Below are positions 17,795 through 27,942 of a stretch of 48,233 bases of DNA, one piece after another (position 1 is the stretch's first letter; each line of letters starts with the position of its first letter). The position numbers and the translations under genes were made by a program. The notes under the pieces are model-generated. The model was not told the origin of the DNA. It did no database searches and saw only the letters and a list, made by a program, of their open reading frames with translations. Origin of the DNA: Chloroflexota bacterium (lineage in GTDB: Bacteria; Chloroflexota; Limnocylindria; Limnocylindrales; CSP1-4); NCBI GenBank assembly GCA_029240655.1, contig JARDZW010000003.1:1-48233 (forward strand), in the 5' to 3' direction.

Positions 17795-18913
17795 ATGCTT
17801 CGTTCGTTCCGGTACGTCGCCCTGATCGCGACAGTGGCGATGGTTCTGTGCGCGTGCGGGTCCGACAGCCCGAGTCGGCAACCGACCGTCCCCTCGGCTC
17901 CGAGCCCCGCTCAGCCGATCGCCAGCGCGTCTGCTGGCATCCCTTCGCCCGGCCCGAGCGCGTCCACGGAGATCGCCCAACGCACGGCGCGCTGGACCAG
18001 ACTCGAGCTCGCCTCTGACCGACCGCCAGCTCGAGAGGGTCACACCTGGACGGTCGATCCCTCGGGCGCGGTCGCGTACCTGTTCGCGGGTCGCGGTGAT
18101 GACGGGTTCCTGGGCGATCTGTGGACGTTCGATATGACTGCGGACGCCTGGGCTCAGCTGGCTCCCGTCGGGCCATCCCCCGCAGCTCGCGCTGGGCATG
18201 TGGCCGCGTGGGTCGACGGCATCGGACTCGTGGCGTTCGGTGGACGCACGGCCGCCGGGATGTCGTCCGAGCTCTGGGCATATGACCCGGAGGCGAACGG
18301 ATGGCGGCTCCTGGCGCCGGGCGACGTCGGTCCACTTGCGCGAGCCGACGCCTGCGGCGTGATCGGTATCGACGGGCGGTTGTGGGTGAGTCACGGCGAG
18401 GACGGCGGCGGCGCCTATCTCGACGACGTGTGGATCTTCGACGCCGCTGACTCCACCTGGTCGGATGTGGATCCCGGCATGCCGGAACCCGCGGCACGGG
18501 CAGGCTCCGCATGCTGGTGGGCCGGTGCCGACGGGCTCATGATCTACGGCGGGCGATCATCGACCGAGGCAGCGCACGACGACGCGTGGTCGCTTGGATC
18601 GGGGTCGGCGGTGAGGTGGGAGGCCGGCCCGACCTTCCCAGTCCCGGGCCGCTCCGACGTGGCGGTCGGCGTTTCGAGTTCCGCGGCATATCTGTTCGGC
18701 GGTGTCGGGCAGGGCGACGCGTTGTTGGGTGACCTGCTCGGCCACGACCTGTCCGACGGCACGACGGAGCGATTCGCGCCAGCGTCCGAGGCACCAGACC
18801 CGCGAGCGGGTGCCTCCCTGGTCGACGATCCGGGTGGCGAGCGAATGCTTCTGTTCGGTGGTCGAGTGGCCACGGGCCCCGTAGACGACGTGTGGTCGGT
18901 CAGCCCGCCCTGA
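17795..18913 (+). CDS. kelch-repeat beta-propeller lipoprotein
   Basis: Signal with lipobox-like LCAC; Pro/Ser linker; six repeats of P.AR.GH...Y/LFGG...D.W. Confidence 0.85.
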   Translation: MLRSFRYVALIATVAMVLCACGSDSPSRQPTVPSAPSPAQPIASASAGIPSPGPSASTEIAQRTARWTRLELASDRPPAREGHTWTVDPSGAVAYLFAGRGDDGFLGDLWTFDMTADAWAQLAPVGPSPAARAGHVAAWVDGIGLVAFGGRTAAGMSSELWAYDPEANGWRLLAPGDVGPLARADACGVIGIDGRLWVSHGEDGGGAYLDDVWIFDAADSTWSDVDPGMPEPAARAGSACWWAGADGLMIYGGRSSTEAAHDDAWSLGSGSAVRWEAGPTFPVPGRSDVAVGVSSSAAYLFGGVGQGDALLGDLLGHDLSDGTTERFAPASEAPDPRAGASLVDDPGGERMLLFGGRVATGPVDDVWSVSPP

Positions 18914-20474
18914 CGCGCGCAGGAGCGTTCGCGACCCGCGATCCTCGGTCCTGGACGGGTGGCTCGCGACTCTCGCTGAGAGCGGACGATTCGGCGCCGG
19001 TCAGCGGACCCCGCACGCCGAGGTAGGCCGCGGAGCCGGCGAGGGCCAGGATGATCCACATGTAGCGCTCATAGGCGAGGTGGAGAAACATCCCCGTGGT
19101 CAGGTAGGTGAGGAGTGCCACGATGAACGCCGTCGCCATCTGGGCATACTCCGGCGCTCGATCCCGCCATCGCCGGCGAGCTCGCTCGAGGCCGATCAGC
19201 GTCGCGCCGAACACGCCGCTGAACGCCAGGAAGCCGAGCAGCCCCGTCTCCGCCGCCATCCCCGCGAACAGATTGTGCGCCTGCCGAGCCTCGTTCTCAC
19301 TCGCGATGCCGACCTCGTCCGCGTACCGGCCGTAATGCACCGGGAAGAGGCCACGGCCGACGCCGAATACGGGGTTGTCCGCGAAGACGAGCAGGGCTGC
19401 GATCGTCTCGTTCGCGCGCTTGCGGATCGAGCTGTCTTCGGCCTGACTCGCGCCGCGCGTGCCAGTCGCACCGCCGATCGCCTCCAGCGTCGTCAGCCGC
19501 TCGAGGTACGACGGTTGCAGGGTGAACAAGACGGCGACCCCCAGCGCCACAGCGATCAGCTGCGTGGGCTTGATATAGCGGAACACCGTCATCAGCGCGA
19601 TCGCGACCGCGAGACCCAGCGCCGCGCCTCGGGAATACGTGAGCACCGCGCCGAAAGCGGTGACGAGGGTGGCCACGGCCGCGATCCATCGAAGGATCGG
19701 GCGACGCTCTCCCCAGATGCGAAACAGGCCGAGCGGGAGGAGCACGACCATGATCTGCGCGTAGCGGTTCTTCTCCCCGATCGGGCCAGCCAACCGGGGT
19801 TGCCCGTCCTCGTCGAACGTCCCGGTCTCGATCGTCGCGTCGCTGACCTGCGCGAAACCGCCGTAGTCGAAATCGAAGGATCCGGTCACCTGCTGATGGA
19901 TCGAGAGTGCCCCGAGGAGGAAGCCAACCGCGAGCAGGACCCAGACGACCATCCGCAGATCCGCGAGGGACCGGATGGAGTTGGTCACCGCGACATAGAC
20001 CAGCAGGCCTTCCACGACGAATGTGACCAGCATGTCCAGGGCAAGGTCGGGGTCGGCGGCCATCCCGATGACCGTTCCCAGGATCACGACGACGAAGTAG
20101 CCAAGCATGAACGGCAGGCCTGCCGCGATGACGATCGGCTGGCGGCGGACGATGACGTGGTAGGCGAACGGCACGATCAACAGGGCCGGGAAGGCGGCAC
20201 CGGCGAAATAGGGGACGTCGTACCGTTGGACCGCGATCGCGGCTGCGTTGCTGTACAGGATCGCCACGACGATCAGCGTCGCGCGGTCCGGCCGAAGGGC
20301 GACGCCGACGACGGCGACGATCGCGAGCAGGATTCCGACGGTCTGAAGGACGCGTTCGGCACTGACGAACCCGATGGCCACCGCCGCCGCGCATACGAGG
20401 AGGCTTGCGGCGAGCGGGCCGAGGACGAACGGCGCGCCGGGCGACGTGCGCAGCCGGCTCGTGATGGCGGTCAT
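18900..20474 (-). CDS. O-antigen ligase / Wzy-type polysaccharide polymerase
   Basis: Multi-TM; RLAGPIGEKNRYAQ, TYSRGA, NPVFGVG, AHNLF..AETG. Confidence 0.85.
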   Translation of the reverse strand: MTAITSRLRTSPGAPFVLGPLAASLLVCAAAVAIGFVSAERVLQTVGILLAIVAVVGVALRPDRATLIVVAILYSNAAAIAVQRYDVPYFAGAAFPALLIVPFAYHVIVRRQPIVIAAGLPFMLGYFVVVILGTVIGMAADPDLALDMLVTFVVEGLLVYVAVTNSIRSLADLRMVVWVLLAVGFLLGALSIHQQVTGSFDFDYGGFAQVSDATIETGTFDEDGQPRLAGPIGEKNRYAQIMVVLLPLGLFRIWGERRPILRWIAAVATLVTAFGAVLTYSRGAALGLAVAIALMTVFRYIKPTQLIAVALGVAVLFTLQPSYLERLTTLEAIGGATGTRGASQAEDSSIRKRANETIAALLVFADNPVFGVGRGLFPVHYGRYADEVGIASENEARQAHNLFAGMAAETGLLGFLAFSGVFGATLIGLERARRRWRDRAPEYAQMATAFIVALLTYLTTGMFLHLAYERYMWIILALAGSAAYLGVRGPLTGAESSALSESREPPVQDRGSRVANAPARVRAG

Positions 20475-21703
20475 GCGATGGCCTCGTCTGGCGCGTCATC
20501 GCGCTCCCCGTCAACCACTCCCGTGGGCTGGAACCGATCATTCGCCGCGGGTTCGAGCGTCCGGCGTGGCTCCCAGCGATCGATCCGCTCCCCGCGTGCC
20601 AGGTTGACCATCGCCCGCACGGCGGCGACGTTGACCATGACGAAGTAGGCTGGGATCGCCAGCGGTGCCTTGCGTCCGACGGGGTGCCCGGCGAGGAGGA
20701 TCCCGGCGCCCGCGAGCCCGTAACAAATGGCCTGTCCGACCGTGGCGATGCGGTAGATGCGCCCCAGGCGCCACGCGAGCGGGCTCACGACGGCCAGCGC
20801 GGCCATGGGCACAACGGCGGTCCGTAGCATGACCTTGTGCCACAGGAGCTGGACCGCGTACCAGCCGGTGCGTCGTGGGTCGAACAGCCGACGCATCAGG
20901 ATGAGGCATCGGAAGGACCGGGTCATGATCCGGACCTTGCGCCGGAATTCCAGCGCGCCCGAAGGGGCGACCGGCTCAAAGGCCAGCGCATCCTCGGCGA
21001 AGACCAGGCGCTGGTCCCCACCGATCACCCGCATCGTGTTCAGCATGTCGTCGCTCACCCCGTCAGGGATCGTGTCGAAGTGGTGTCGTCGTATCGCGTA
21101 GATCGCGCCCGTCGCGCTCGTCACGTTTCCGGCGGCCGACTGCGACCGCTTGAGGAGCCGGTCGAAGTCCCAGTATCCGCGCTCTCCGACGGCGGTGGCG
21201 TCCGCCTCCCCTTCCGGGAGGTAGACCTGGTTGCCCGCCACGCCGCCGACGGTCGAGTCGGCGAATGGCCGGACGAGCGCTCTGATCGCATCGGGAGCGT
21301 ATCGGCTGTTCGCATCGGAGAAGACGAGGATCTCGCCATTCGCCGCCTGAACCGCGGCTTCCAGGGCTGCACCCTTGCCGACCCGGCCCGGAGCGACCAG
21401 ACGAACGTCCTGGCTGCGATAGGCCGCGACGATCTCGTCAGTACCGTCTGTCGACCCGTCAGAGACGATGACGAACTCACGTCGATCCGCGGGGTAATCG
21501 AGCGCGAGAAGATTCTCGATGCGATCGCCGATCACGTCCGCCTCGTTGTACGCCGCGATGATGACGCTTACCGACGGCGTGATGTCCGCACGGGCAAACG
21601 GGCGCGGCCGGAGGCGGGCGCGGAGCACGGTCAGCACCGGCATGCCCGCGTACGTGATCCCGAGGATGGCCGTCGCGAGCCAGAAGATCGAGGTCCTGAT
21701 CAT
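20471..21703 (-). CDS. glycosyltransferase family 2
   Basis: SVIIAAYNE, SDGSTDGT, GKGAAL, FSDAN, GAIYAIRR, SDD, EFRRKVRI; N- and C-terminal TM segments. Confidence 0.92.
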   Translation of the reverse strand: MIRTSIFWLATAILGITYAGMPVLTVLRARLRPRPFARADITPSVSVIIAAYNEADVIGDRIENLLALDYPADRREFVIVSDGSTDGTDEIVAAYRSQDVRLVAPGRVGKGAALEAAVQAANGEILVFSDANSRYAPDAIRALVRPFADSTVGGVAGNQVYLPEGEADATAVGERGYWDFDRLLKRSQSAAGNVTSATGAIYAIRRHHFDTIPDGVSDDMLNTMRVIGGDQRLVFAEDALAFEPVAPSGALEFRRKVRIMTRSFRCLILMRRLFDPRRTGWYAVQLLWHKVMLRTAVVPMAALAVVSPLAWRLGRIYRIATVGQAICYGLAGAGILLAGHPVGRKAPLAIPAYFVMVNVAAVRAMVNLARGERIDRWEPRRTLEPAANDRFQPTGVVDGERDDAPDEAIA

Positions 21704-23049
21704 GGTCGCTCGACCGAGACCGATGGTGTCGCGACATCGTTCGACCGGGGGTCGTACGAACGTCGATCGGGATCGGTCACGACGCCCGGGAGCGCGTCGA
21801 TACGGTCCAAGATCGCCCGGGCATTCACGTCGACGTCGAAGTCCGACAGGATGCGTTGACGGGCGGCGGCGCCCATGCGAACGCGAAGGTGCGGATCGTC
21901 CACCAGGCGGCGGATCGCCGCCGCGAGTGCGGTGACGTCTCCGGGGTCGACGAGCAGGCCCGAGACCCCGTCCTCCACGAGCTCTGGGATGCCGGACAGC
22001 CGGCTGGCCACCACCGGAAGCCCACAGCTCATGGCCTCCATGAGGACCACCGGGATGCCCTCGCGCTTGCCGTTCCGGGCGACGACGCTCGGGGCAACGA
22101 GAAGATCGGCTTCCCCGAGCGCAGCGACTACTTCGGACCGGGTCCGTCGGCCATCGAGTGTCACGACGCCACCGAGACCGGCGTCATCGATCTGGGCCCG
22201 GAGCCGCGCCTCATCCTCGCCTTCCCCGATGAACCGGCAGCGGAGGTCCAGCCCCGCGTCCACGAGCAGGCGACATGCGTCGATGAGAACGGACTGGCCC
22301 TTCACCTCATGGAGGGTCCCGATGCCCAGGATCGTGAACGGTCGCGGCGTGGCATCGCGCTCCGGGACGGGTCGAAGGAGCGCCGTGTCGACTCCGCAAT
22401 GGACGACGTGTACGCGCTCGCGCGCCCATTCACCGCACTCCCCCACGATCTCTTCGAGGTTGTCCCTCGAGATGGCGATGACGAACGCGGCCTCGCGGAC
22501 CTTGCGGTCCAGCATGTGGCGATCCACATGGAGGTCCGAACCATGGGCGACGAAACTGAACGGGATGCCAGTCAGGCGGTGGATGATGAAACCCGCGGCG
22601 GCAGGATGATTCGAGAAATGGCAATGGACGTGCCGCACGCCGAGCGATTCCATCTCGTGCGCCATATGGACGACCTTGGGGAAGATCGCCAAACCACCGA
22701 AGAAGTAGTTCGCACTCCCCAGCGTGCCGCGCATCAGGGCCGCCAGCGCGCCAAGGTACGCCCGCGGCCGTCGACGCAGGGCGCGGAGCTGGCTGGCGAT
22801 GATCGCTCGCGAGAGGAACGGCTCGTATCGTGCTCGCTCGACGAGATCGAGCGCCTCGGGATGGCTCACTGACTCGCGATGCCGCAGCAACGGGAATAGT
22901 TCAACGCGCTGCGCCAGCCTCTCGACGGCCAGCAGCTCGAAGAGGATGAACGTCTCCGTCAACTTCGGAAACCGCGACACGACGTAGGCGATCGGCGCCC
23001 GTCGCCGGGTCGGATCGCCCGCCGAGGCGATCGACAGCGGACCGCTCAA
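21700..23049 (-). CDS. glycosyltransferase family 4 (WcaL-like)
   Basis: SRFPKLTETFI, HVHCHF, HGSD, HCGVD, EGIPVVLMEAMSCGLPVV, GIPELV. Confidence 0.92.
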   Translation of the reverse strand: MSGPLSIASAGDPTRRRAPIAYVVSRFPKLTETFILFELLAVERLAQRVELFPLLRHRESVSHPEALDLVERARYEPFLSRAIIASQLRALRRRPRAYLGALAALMRGTLGSANYFFGGLAIFPKVVHMAHEMESLGVRHVHCHFSNHPAAAGFIIHRLTGIPFSFVAHGSDLHVDRHMLDRKVREAAFVIAISRDNLEEIVGECGEWARERVHVVHCGVDTALLRPVPERDATPRPFTILGIGTLHEVKGQSVLIDACRLLVDAGLDLRCRFIGEGEDEARLRAQIDDAGLGGVVTLDGRRTRSEVVAALGEADLLVAPSVVARNGKREGIPVVLMEAMSCGLPVVASRLSGIPELVEDGVSGLLVDPGDVTALAAAIRRLVDDPHLRVRMGAAARQRILSDFDVDVNARAILDRIDALPGVVTDPDRRSYDPRSNDVATPSVSVERP

Positions 23050-24080
23050 CGCAGCACGCCCGACGGCGTCGCCCCGGGCGACCGCCGCTCGATCGCCGAC
23101 GAGCCGAACCCATCGGGATGGCTGGTGTGCCAGCGCCAGGCGCTTGCGACGATCTCGGCGAGGTCGTGGCGAGGTTCCCAGCCCAGGATGTCCCGAGCCA
23201 GCCGTCCGTCCGCCCAGATGGCGCTCGGGTCACCCGGGCGGCGCGGCCGCTCGCGGGTCTCGATCGGTCGACCGGTCGCGGCCCGTGCGGCGGCCACGAC
23301 ATCGAGCACCGACGCGCCCTGACCCGTCCCGAGGTTCAGTGTTGCTCCCCGCCCCCCACCCATCAGGTACTCGAGTGCCAGCACGTGAGCGTCCGCCAGA
23401 TCCAGGACATGGACGTAGTCGCGGATGGCCGTGCCGTCAGGCGTGGGATAGTCGGTACCGAACACGTCGACGACCGGCGTGCGACCAGCCGCGACCTTCA
23501 TGACGGCCGGAACGAGATTCTCCGCGTTCCGCCAGTCCTCCCCGTTCGAGCCGTCGAGGGCGGCACCGGCCGCGTTGAAGTACCGCAGCGCCGCTGTGCG
23601 GACGCCGTGCGCGCCCTCGAACCAGCCGGCCATGCGCTCCATCAGGTACTTGCTTTCGCCGTAGGGATTCTCCGGGCGGATCGGGCTCGACTCAGCGACC
23701 GGCAGGTCGTCGGGCGTGCCGTACACGGCGCACGTGCTTGACAGCACCAGTCGGCGGACGCCGGTCTCGGCCATCGCTCGGAGTAGGGACAGGCTGCCCG
23801 TGACGTTCATCTCGAAGTAACGGCCGGGATCGGCGACGGACTCGGCGACCGATTTGCTGGCGGCGAAGTGGATCACGGCCTCCGACCGCTGCGCGCGCAG
23901 GATCTCCCCGACGAGCGCGGTGTCGCGGACGTCCCCCACATGGAGGGGCACTTCCGCCACTGCCGCGCGATGTCCATGTTCGAGCGAATCGAGCACGGAC
24001 ACCGTGTGGCCGCCCGCGACGAGACGGCCGACCGTATGCGAGCCGATATACCCCGCACCGCCAGTGACCAGCACACGCAT
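23046..24080 (-). CDS. galE: UDP-glucose 4-epimerase
   Basis: MRVLVTGGAGYIGSH, SSTCAVYG, NPYGESK, LRYFNAAGA, FGTDYPTPDGTAIRDYVHV. Confidence 0.96.
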   Translation of the reverse strand: MRVLVTGGAGYIGSHTVGRLVAGGHTVSVLDSLEHGHRAAVAEVPLHVGDVRDTALVGEILRAQRSEAVIHFAASKSVAESVADPGRYFEMNVTGSLSLLRAMAETGVRRLVLSSTCAVYGTPDDLPVAESSPIRPENPYGESKYLMERMAGWFEGAHGVRTAALRYFNAAGAALDGSNGEDWRNAENLVPAVMKVAAGRTPVVDVFGTDYPTPDGTAIRDYVHVLDLADAHVLALEYLMGGGRGATLNLGTGQGASVLDVVAAARAATGRPIETRERPRRPGDPSAIWADGRLARDILGWEPRHDLAEIVASAWRWHTSHPDGFGSSAIERRSPGATPSGVLR

Positions 24081-24087
24081 CGCGGGG

Positions 24088-25530
24088 TCAGTCCTGCCGC
24101 TGGTTGGCCCGCGTACGTGCCCGGCTGCGGCGAACCGGCCGGATCGGCTGGGCCTGCATCGTGGTCGCAGGCTGCGCCTGCATCGAGGGGGCGTCCACAC
24201 CGACCGTGGTCGCGGCATGACGAGGATCGGGTTGGCTCGCCTGGGCGTCCTGGCGGAAGCGTCCGCGCGAGCGTGCGTCGAGCACGACGCCAAGGACGGT
24301 CGCACCGACCAGCGTCAGGCTTTCGACCGCATGCGCAAGCGCATCGCGCTTGGTCTGGTCGCGTCGCACGACCACGACCGACGCATCGGTGGCGCGTGCG
24401 TACACGAGCGCCTCCGCCGAGCCCAGCGTGGGAGGACCAGCCACGACGACGAGGTCGTGATCGGCCAGCAGCAGGTCGAGGATGCTCCGGACCGTGCCGT
24501 CATCGAGTCGATCGAGACGCCCATGGCCCACGGGCACGACATGCAACTCCGGCCCGTGCGCGACGATGACATCCGGCAGGGCGACCTGACCTTGGATGAC
24601 CTCGGCCAGACCCGGTCGATCGCGCAGGCCGAGCAGAGCCGAGGCCTCCCCGTCCACGTCGTCGCCGTCGACCAGCACGGTCCGCCGACCACTCGTGGCG
24701 AGCGCGGTCGCAAGGTTGCCCGCGGTCTCGCCCGCACCGTCCCCGGATTGAGCGCCGACGACCAGGAGGCTGGAGACCGGATGCTTGCCGTCGGCGAACA
24801 CGATCTTGGTCGCGACGATCCGATACGAGGAGGCCATGCGCGAAACGGGCATCCGCTCGACCACAAGCCCTCGTTGGGCGTTCGACGACCGGCTTCCTTC
24901 CACCTGGCCGAGGAATGGGACAGGTACGAGGCGACTGACGTCATCACGCGCCCGCACCGTGGCTCCGACGTATTCGATGAGGACCACCACCACGAGCGCG
25001 CCGAGCAGCCCCGCCAGCGCGGTCAGCATCGCGATCAGCGACACCTGCGGTGCGATGGGCGTCGTCGGCGGCTCAGCGAATTCCAGGATCTGGAGCTCAC
25101 CCTCGGGTCGACCGGTCCCCTGCGAGACCAATTCGGTCAGCAACCCCGAGAGCGTGTTGGCGATCTGCGCCGCCCGAGCCGGATCCGCGTCCTGCACGCG
25201 GATGCTCAGTGTCCGGTTCGTGTCGTTGGCGATCACGCGCGTGGCCGCATCGAGCTCGGCGGACGAGGCCTCCAGCCCGAGCCGGGTGATGGCCTCCTCC
25301 AGGCGGGGCCGGACCGTGACCAGCTCGGCGTACGTCAGTGCCAGCTGCCCCGAGGCACGAAGGGTGTTCAGGTCCCCTTCGTACGGCCCGACCAGGAGCT
25401 GTGCGCGAGCCTCATAGGTTGGCGGGATCTGTGTCGCCACGAGGTAGCCCGCGAGTCCGGCGACCCACGTGGCCACAAGCAACGTCCACCACCAACGACG
25501 AGCGGTGGCAAGGTAGCCAGAAAGTTCCAA
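24088..25530 (-). CDS. Wzz/Wzc-like polysaccharide co-polymerase with degenerate BY-kinase domain
   Basis: N-terminal TM (RRWWWTLL), PTYEARA, DPARAAQIAN, second TM, then a CpsD/CapB-like domain whose Walker A reads GDGAGET. No C-terminal Tyr cluster. Confidence 0.85.
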   Translation of the reverse strand: MELSGYLATARRWWWTLLVATWVAGLAGYLVATQIPPTYEARAQLLVGPYEGDLNTLRASGQLALTYAELVTVRPRLEEAITRLGLEASSAELDAATRVIANDTNRTLSIRVQDADPARAAQIANTLSGLLTELVSQGTGRPEGELQILEFAEPPTTPIAPQVSLIAMLTALAGLLGALVVVVLIEYVGATVRARDDVSRLVPVPFLGQVEGSRSSNAQRGLVVERMPVSRMASSYRIVATKIVFADGKHPVSSLLVVGAQSGDGAGETAGNLATALATSGRRTVLVDGDDVDGEASALLGLRDRPGLAEVIQGQVALPDVIVAHGPELHVVPVGHGRLDRLDDGTVRSILDLLLADHDLVVVAGPPTLGSAEALVYARATDASVVVVRRDQTKRDALAHAVESLTLVGATVLGVVLDARSRGRFRQDAQASQPDPRHAATTVGVDAPSMQAQPATTMQAQPIRPVRRSRARTRANQRQD

Positions 25531-25667
25531 GGGTCAACTCCAGCAGTCGGTCCGGGCCCGTCGCGCATCCGGCCGGCCGGGGGATAGAGGATAGGGGCGC
25601 CGTCCCGACCTGCATAGTCCGGCCGGTTCCCCGACGCACCAGAAGGAGGAGACGGACCGAACGACGA

Positions 25668-26717
25668 TCATCGGAGGGACCGCCGTGCGCGCGCGTCGAT
25701 GGTGGATGCCCACAGCAGCTGAGCCCTGATCAGGGGCGTCCGCGCCCGCATACCCACGTTGATCCGTCGCAGACGCAGCGGATCGGCATGCCGCAGGTCG
25801 TTGCCGCCGCGCTCGGTCGTGAACGCGAGCGTCATACCGGCGCGACGGGCGGCCTCGACGGCATCGCCGCTGTGGGCGCCACTCGGATAGGCGAGCACCG
25901 TCGGCGTCGGACCGACCTCGCGCTCCAGGTCCTGGTGGGCAGCGACGATCTCGTCCACGGCCTGATCGAGTGGCAGCCGGTCCAGCAGGGGGTGGGTCCG
26001 CGTGTGCGGTGCCAACGTCACGCCATCGAGCGACAGGCGCCGCAGCTCGTCCCATCCCAGCACGGCGTCCGCGAGGTCCGGGCCCGACCCCCCGAGGGCC
26101 GATATCAGGCGCTCAACCCCGCGCATCGCCTCGTCGTGAGGCAGTGACTTGATGAACGCCCGCAGCGAGCGAAGGGCGGCGGCTCGTTCCTCCGGGGTCC
26201 GCAGCGGCCGCGGTCCGATGGGCCTGTCGGGCAAGGTCTCTGACGAGGTCGATCGGACTGCCGCCCACAGCCGGTCCCACCAGAAGCCGGGCCGGGTGCC
26301 TTCGGGATACGCCGTCGGGACGAACAGGGTGGCCGGGATCCCCGCCGCACGAAGGACGGGCCACGCGTGGTGGGCGAAGTCGCGGTATGCATCATCGAAC
26401 GTGACGAGCACCGCCCGAGGGGGCAACCGCTGCGGGTGGGGCAGGGTATCCAGCACCTCCTGGAGCGACACGGGATGAGCGAATCGACGCAAGCCGTCAA
26501 CCTGTTCTGCGAAGTCGCGCGGTGAGGCGCTGATGAGCGAGGGCAGCAGGTCCGGTCGAGCATCCGGGACGTCGACTCGGTGATAGGTCAGCACCGCGAG
26601 CGTGCCGCGTCGCCAGGGTGCGAGCCGTTCGAGGGACGCGATCATGCGGTCGGCAACCCGGCCACGGACGGCCGCCGACCCCGCTCGAATCGCGATCGAC
26701 CGGAGCCGGTCAGCCAT
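25668..26717 (-). CDS. polysaccharide deacetylase (CE4/NodB)
   Basis: LTYHRV, VTFDDAY, PATLFVPT, FWWD, HTRTHP, LAYPSG. Confidence 0.92.
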   Translation of the reverse strand: MADRLRSIAIRAGSAAVRGRVADRMIASLERLAPWRRGTLAVLTYHRVDVPDARPDLLPSLISASPRDFAEQVDGLRRFAHPVSLQEVLDTLPHPQRLPPRAVLVTFDDAYRDFAHHAWPVLRAAGIPATLFVPTAYPEGTRPGFWWDRLWAAVRSTSSETLPDRPIGPRPLRTPEERAAALRSLRAFIKSLPHDEAMRGVERLISALGGSGPDLADAVLGWDELRRLSLDGVTLAPHTRTHPLLDRLPLDQAVDEIVAAHQDLEREVGPTPTVLAYPSGAHSGDAVEAARRAGMTLAFTTERGGNDLRHADPLRLRRINVGMRARTPLIRAQLLWASTIDARARRSLR

Positions 26718-27942
26718 GCCGACCTCGTCGAGCGATACCGGTCGCGATGCCGGCGAGTTGGGCTAGCCCCGGTGCCGGGTCATCCCGGGCGAGTACATCG
26801 TCCCCGATGCGGGGATCGATCAGGCTGCCCACTGCGCCCAGGGCGGATCGTCGCGGCGGGAATGGCAGCTCCGGATACCGTCGTCGACCCAGAGCCACGC
26901 TGCCGATCCAACTGAGGTCGAGCCGAAGGTTCCGGGCGCGGATGCCGATGGCGTAATCGGACGCCACGGGCGTCTCGGGAGGCGGGGGTCCATCAAGCAG
27001 CAGCTCGGCGAGACGCGCCGGGAAGTCCATGCCGGCGCGCACGGCGAGCGGCAGTGAGCCCCAAACGCGGCCGTTGATCTCCATGAGCTCGGGCCCGGTC
27101 GGGGTCAACCTGAATTCGACCATCGCCAGCCCGGTCCAGGCCAGATGGCGGAGCAGTCGGCTCGCGTAGTCGTACAGCGTGGGATCGAGTGGGACGCTCT
27201 CCCGGAGCGCGCTCGCCCCCCCGGTCACCGGTACCTCTCTCAGGCGGCGGTGCTGGAACGCGGCCAGCGGTCGGCCTTCGTGCGCGAGCAACTCGATGCC
27301 GTGGCCTTCCCCAGGCTGCCAGCGCTGCAAAAGGATCCCGGTCCGACCCTCGAGTGCCGCCACGAGCGAGCGGAGCCGACGCTCGTCGCCGGCGTACGCG
27401 ACGCTGAATGCGTCGATCGTCCCGTCGGAACGGAATTCACGGGATACCCGGGGTTTCACGACGACCGGCCAGCCGAGTCCCTCCGCGACCTCCGCCGCTT
27501 GCTCGGCGTTCGCGACCTCGCAGGTCGTGGGGATCGGCACGCCGAGGCTCGCCGCCATGTCGAGCGTCTGTCCCTTGTCGTGCGCGACCGCCAGCGCCGT
27601 CGGGTGCGGCAGGGCGAGCCGGGTGGATGCGTCGAACCGATCGCGGGCAGCGGCCAGCGGCAACCCGATCTCATCCGTGATGGGAATGAGAAGGTCGACC
27701 GCTGAGCGCCGCGCGGCGAGCTCGAGGGTCTCCACCGCTGCCTCCGCCCGCTCGACCGGATCCGGATAGACGAGTCGGTCGCTGGTCCACCGTGACCGGA
27801 AGCCCGCGCTGCGTCGATCGGTGTCCGCGGCGGTGACCCGCCAGCCCCGTCGGCCCAAAGAGCGAATGAACGCGATCGCGCTGCCACGGGACGCGTCCGT
27901 CACGAGGACATGCCGGCGCCGGTCAGGAGCTGGTCGCATCAT
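26710..27942 (-). CDS. ATP-grasp (carboxylate-amine ligase-like) protein
   Basis: IRSLGRRG, LIPITD, HDK, WPVVVKP, AFQHRRLRE.P.TGG, GLAMVEF, MEINGR.WGSL; ATGA overlap with the upstream gene. Confidence 0.88.
   Translation of the reverse strand: MMRPAPDRRRHVLVTDASRGSAIAFIRSLGRRGWRVTAADTDRRSAGFRSRWTSDRLVYPDPVERAEAAVETLELAARRSAVDLLIPITDEIGLPLAAARDRFDASTRLALPHPTALAVAHDKGQTLDMAASLGVPIPTTCEVANAEQAAEVAEGLGWPVVVKPRVSREFRSDGTIDAFSVAYAGDERRLRSLVAALEGRTGILLQRWQPGEGHGIELLAHEGRPLAAFQHRRLREVPVTGGASALRESVPLDPTLYDYASRLLRHLAWTGLAMVEFRLTPTGPELMEINGRVWGSLPLAVRAGMDFPARLAELLLDGPPPPETPVASDYAIGIRARNLRLDLSWIGSVALGRRRYPELPFPPRRSALGAVGSLIDPRIGDDVLARDDPAPGLAQLAGIATGIARRGRHG

Noticed and set aside
17520-18512. N-terminal 331-aa extension of the 943-aa ORF 15681-18512
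   Set aside because: Low-complexity, overlaps the kelch gene on the other strand, and a strong SD plus signal peptide mark the start at 17519.
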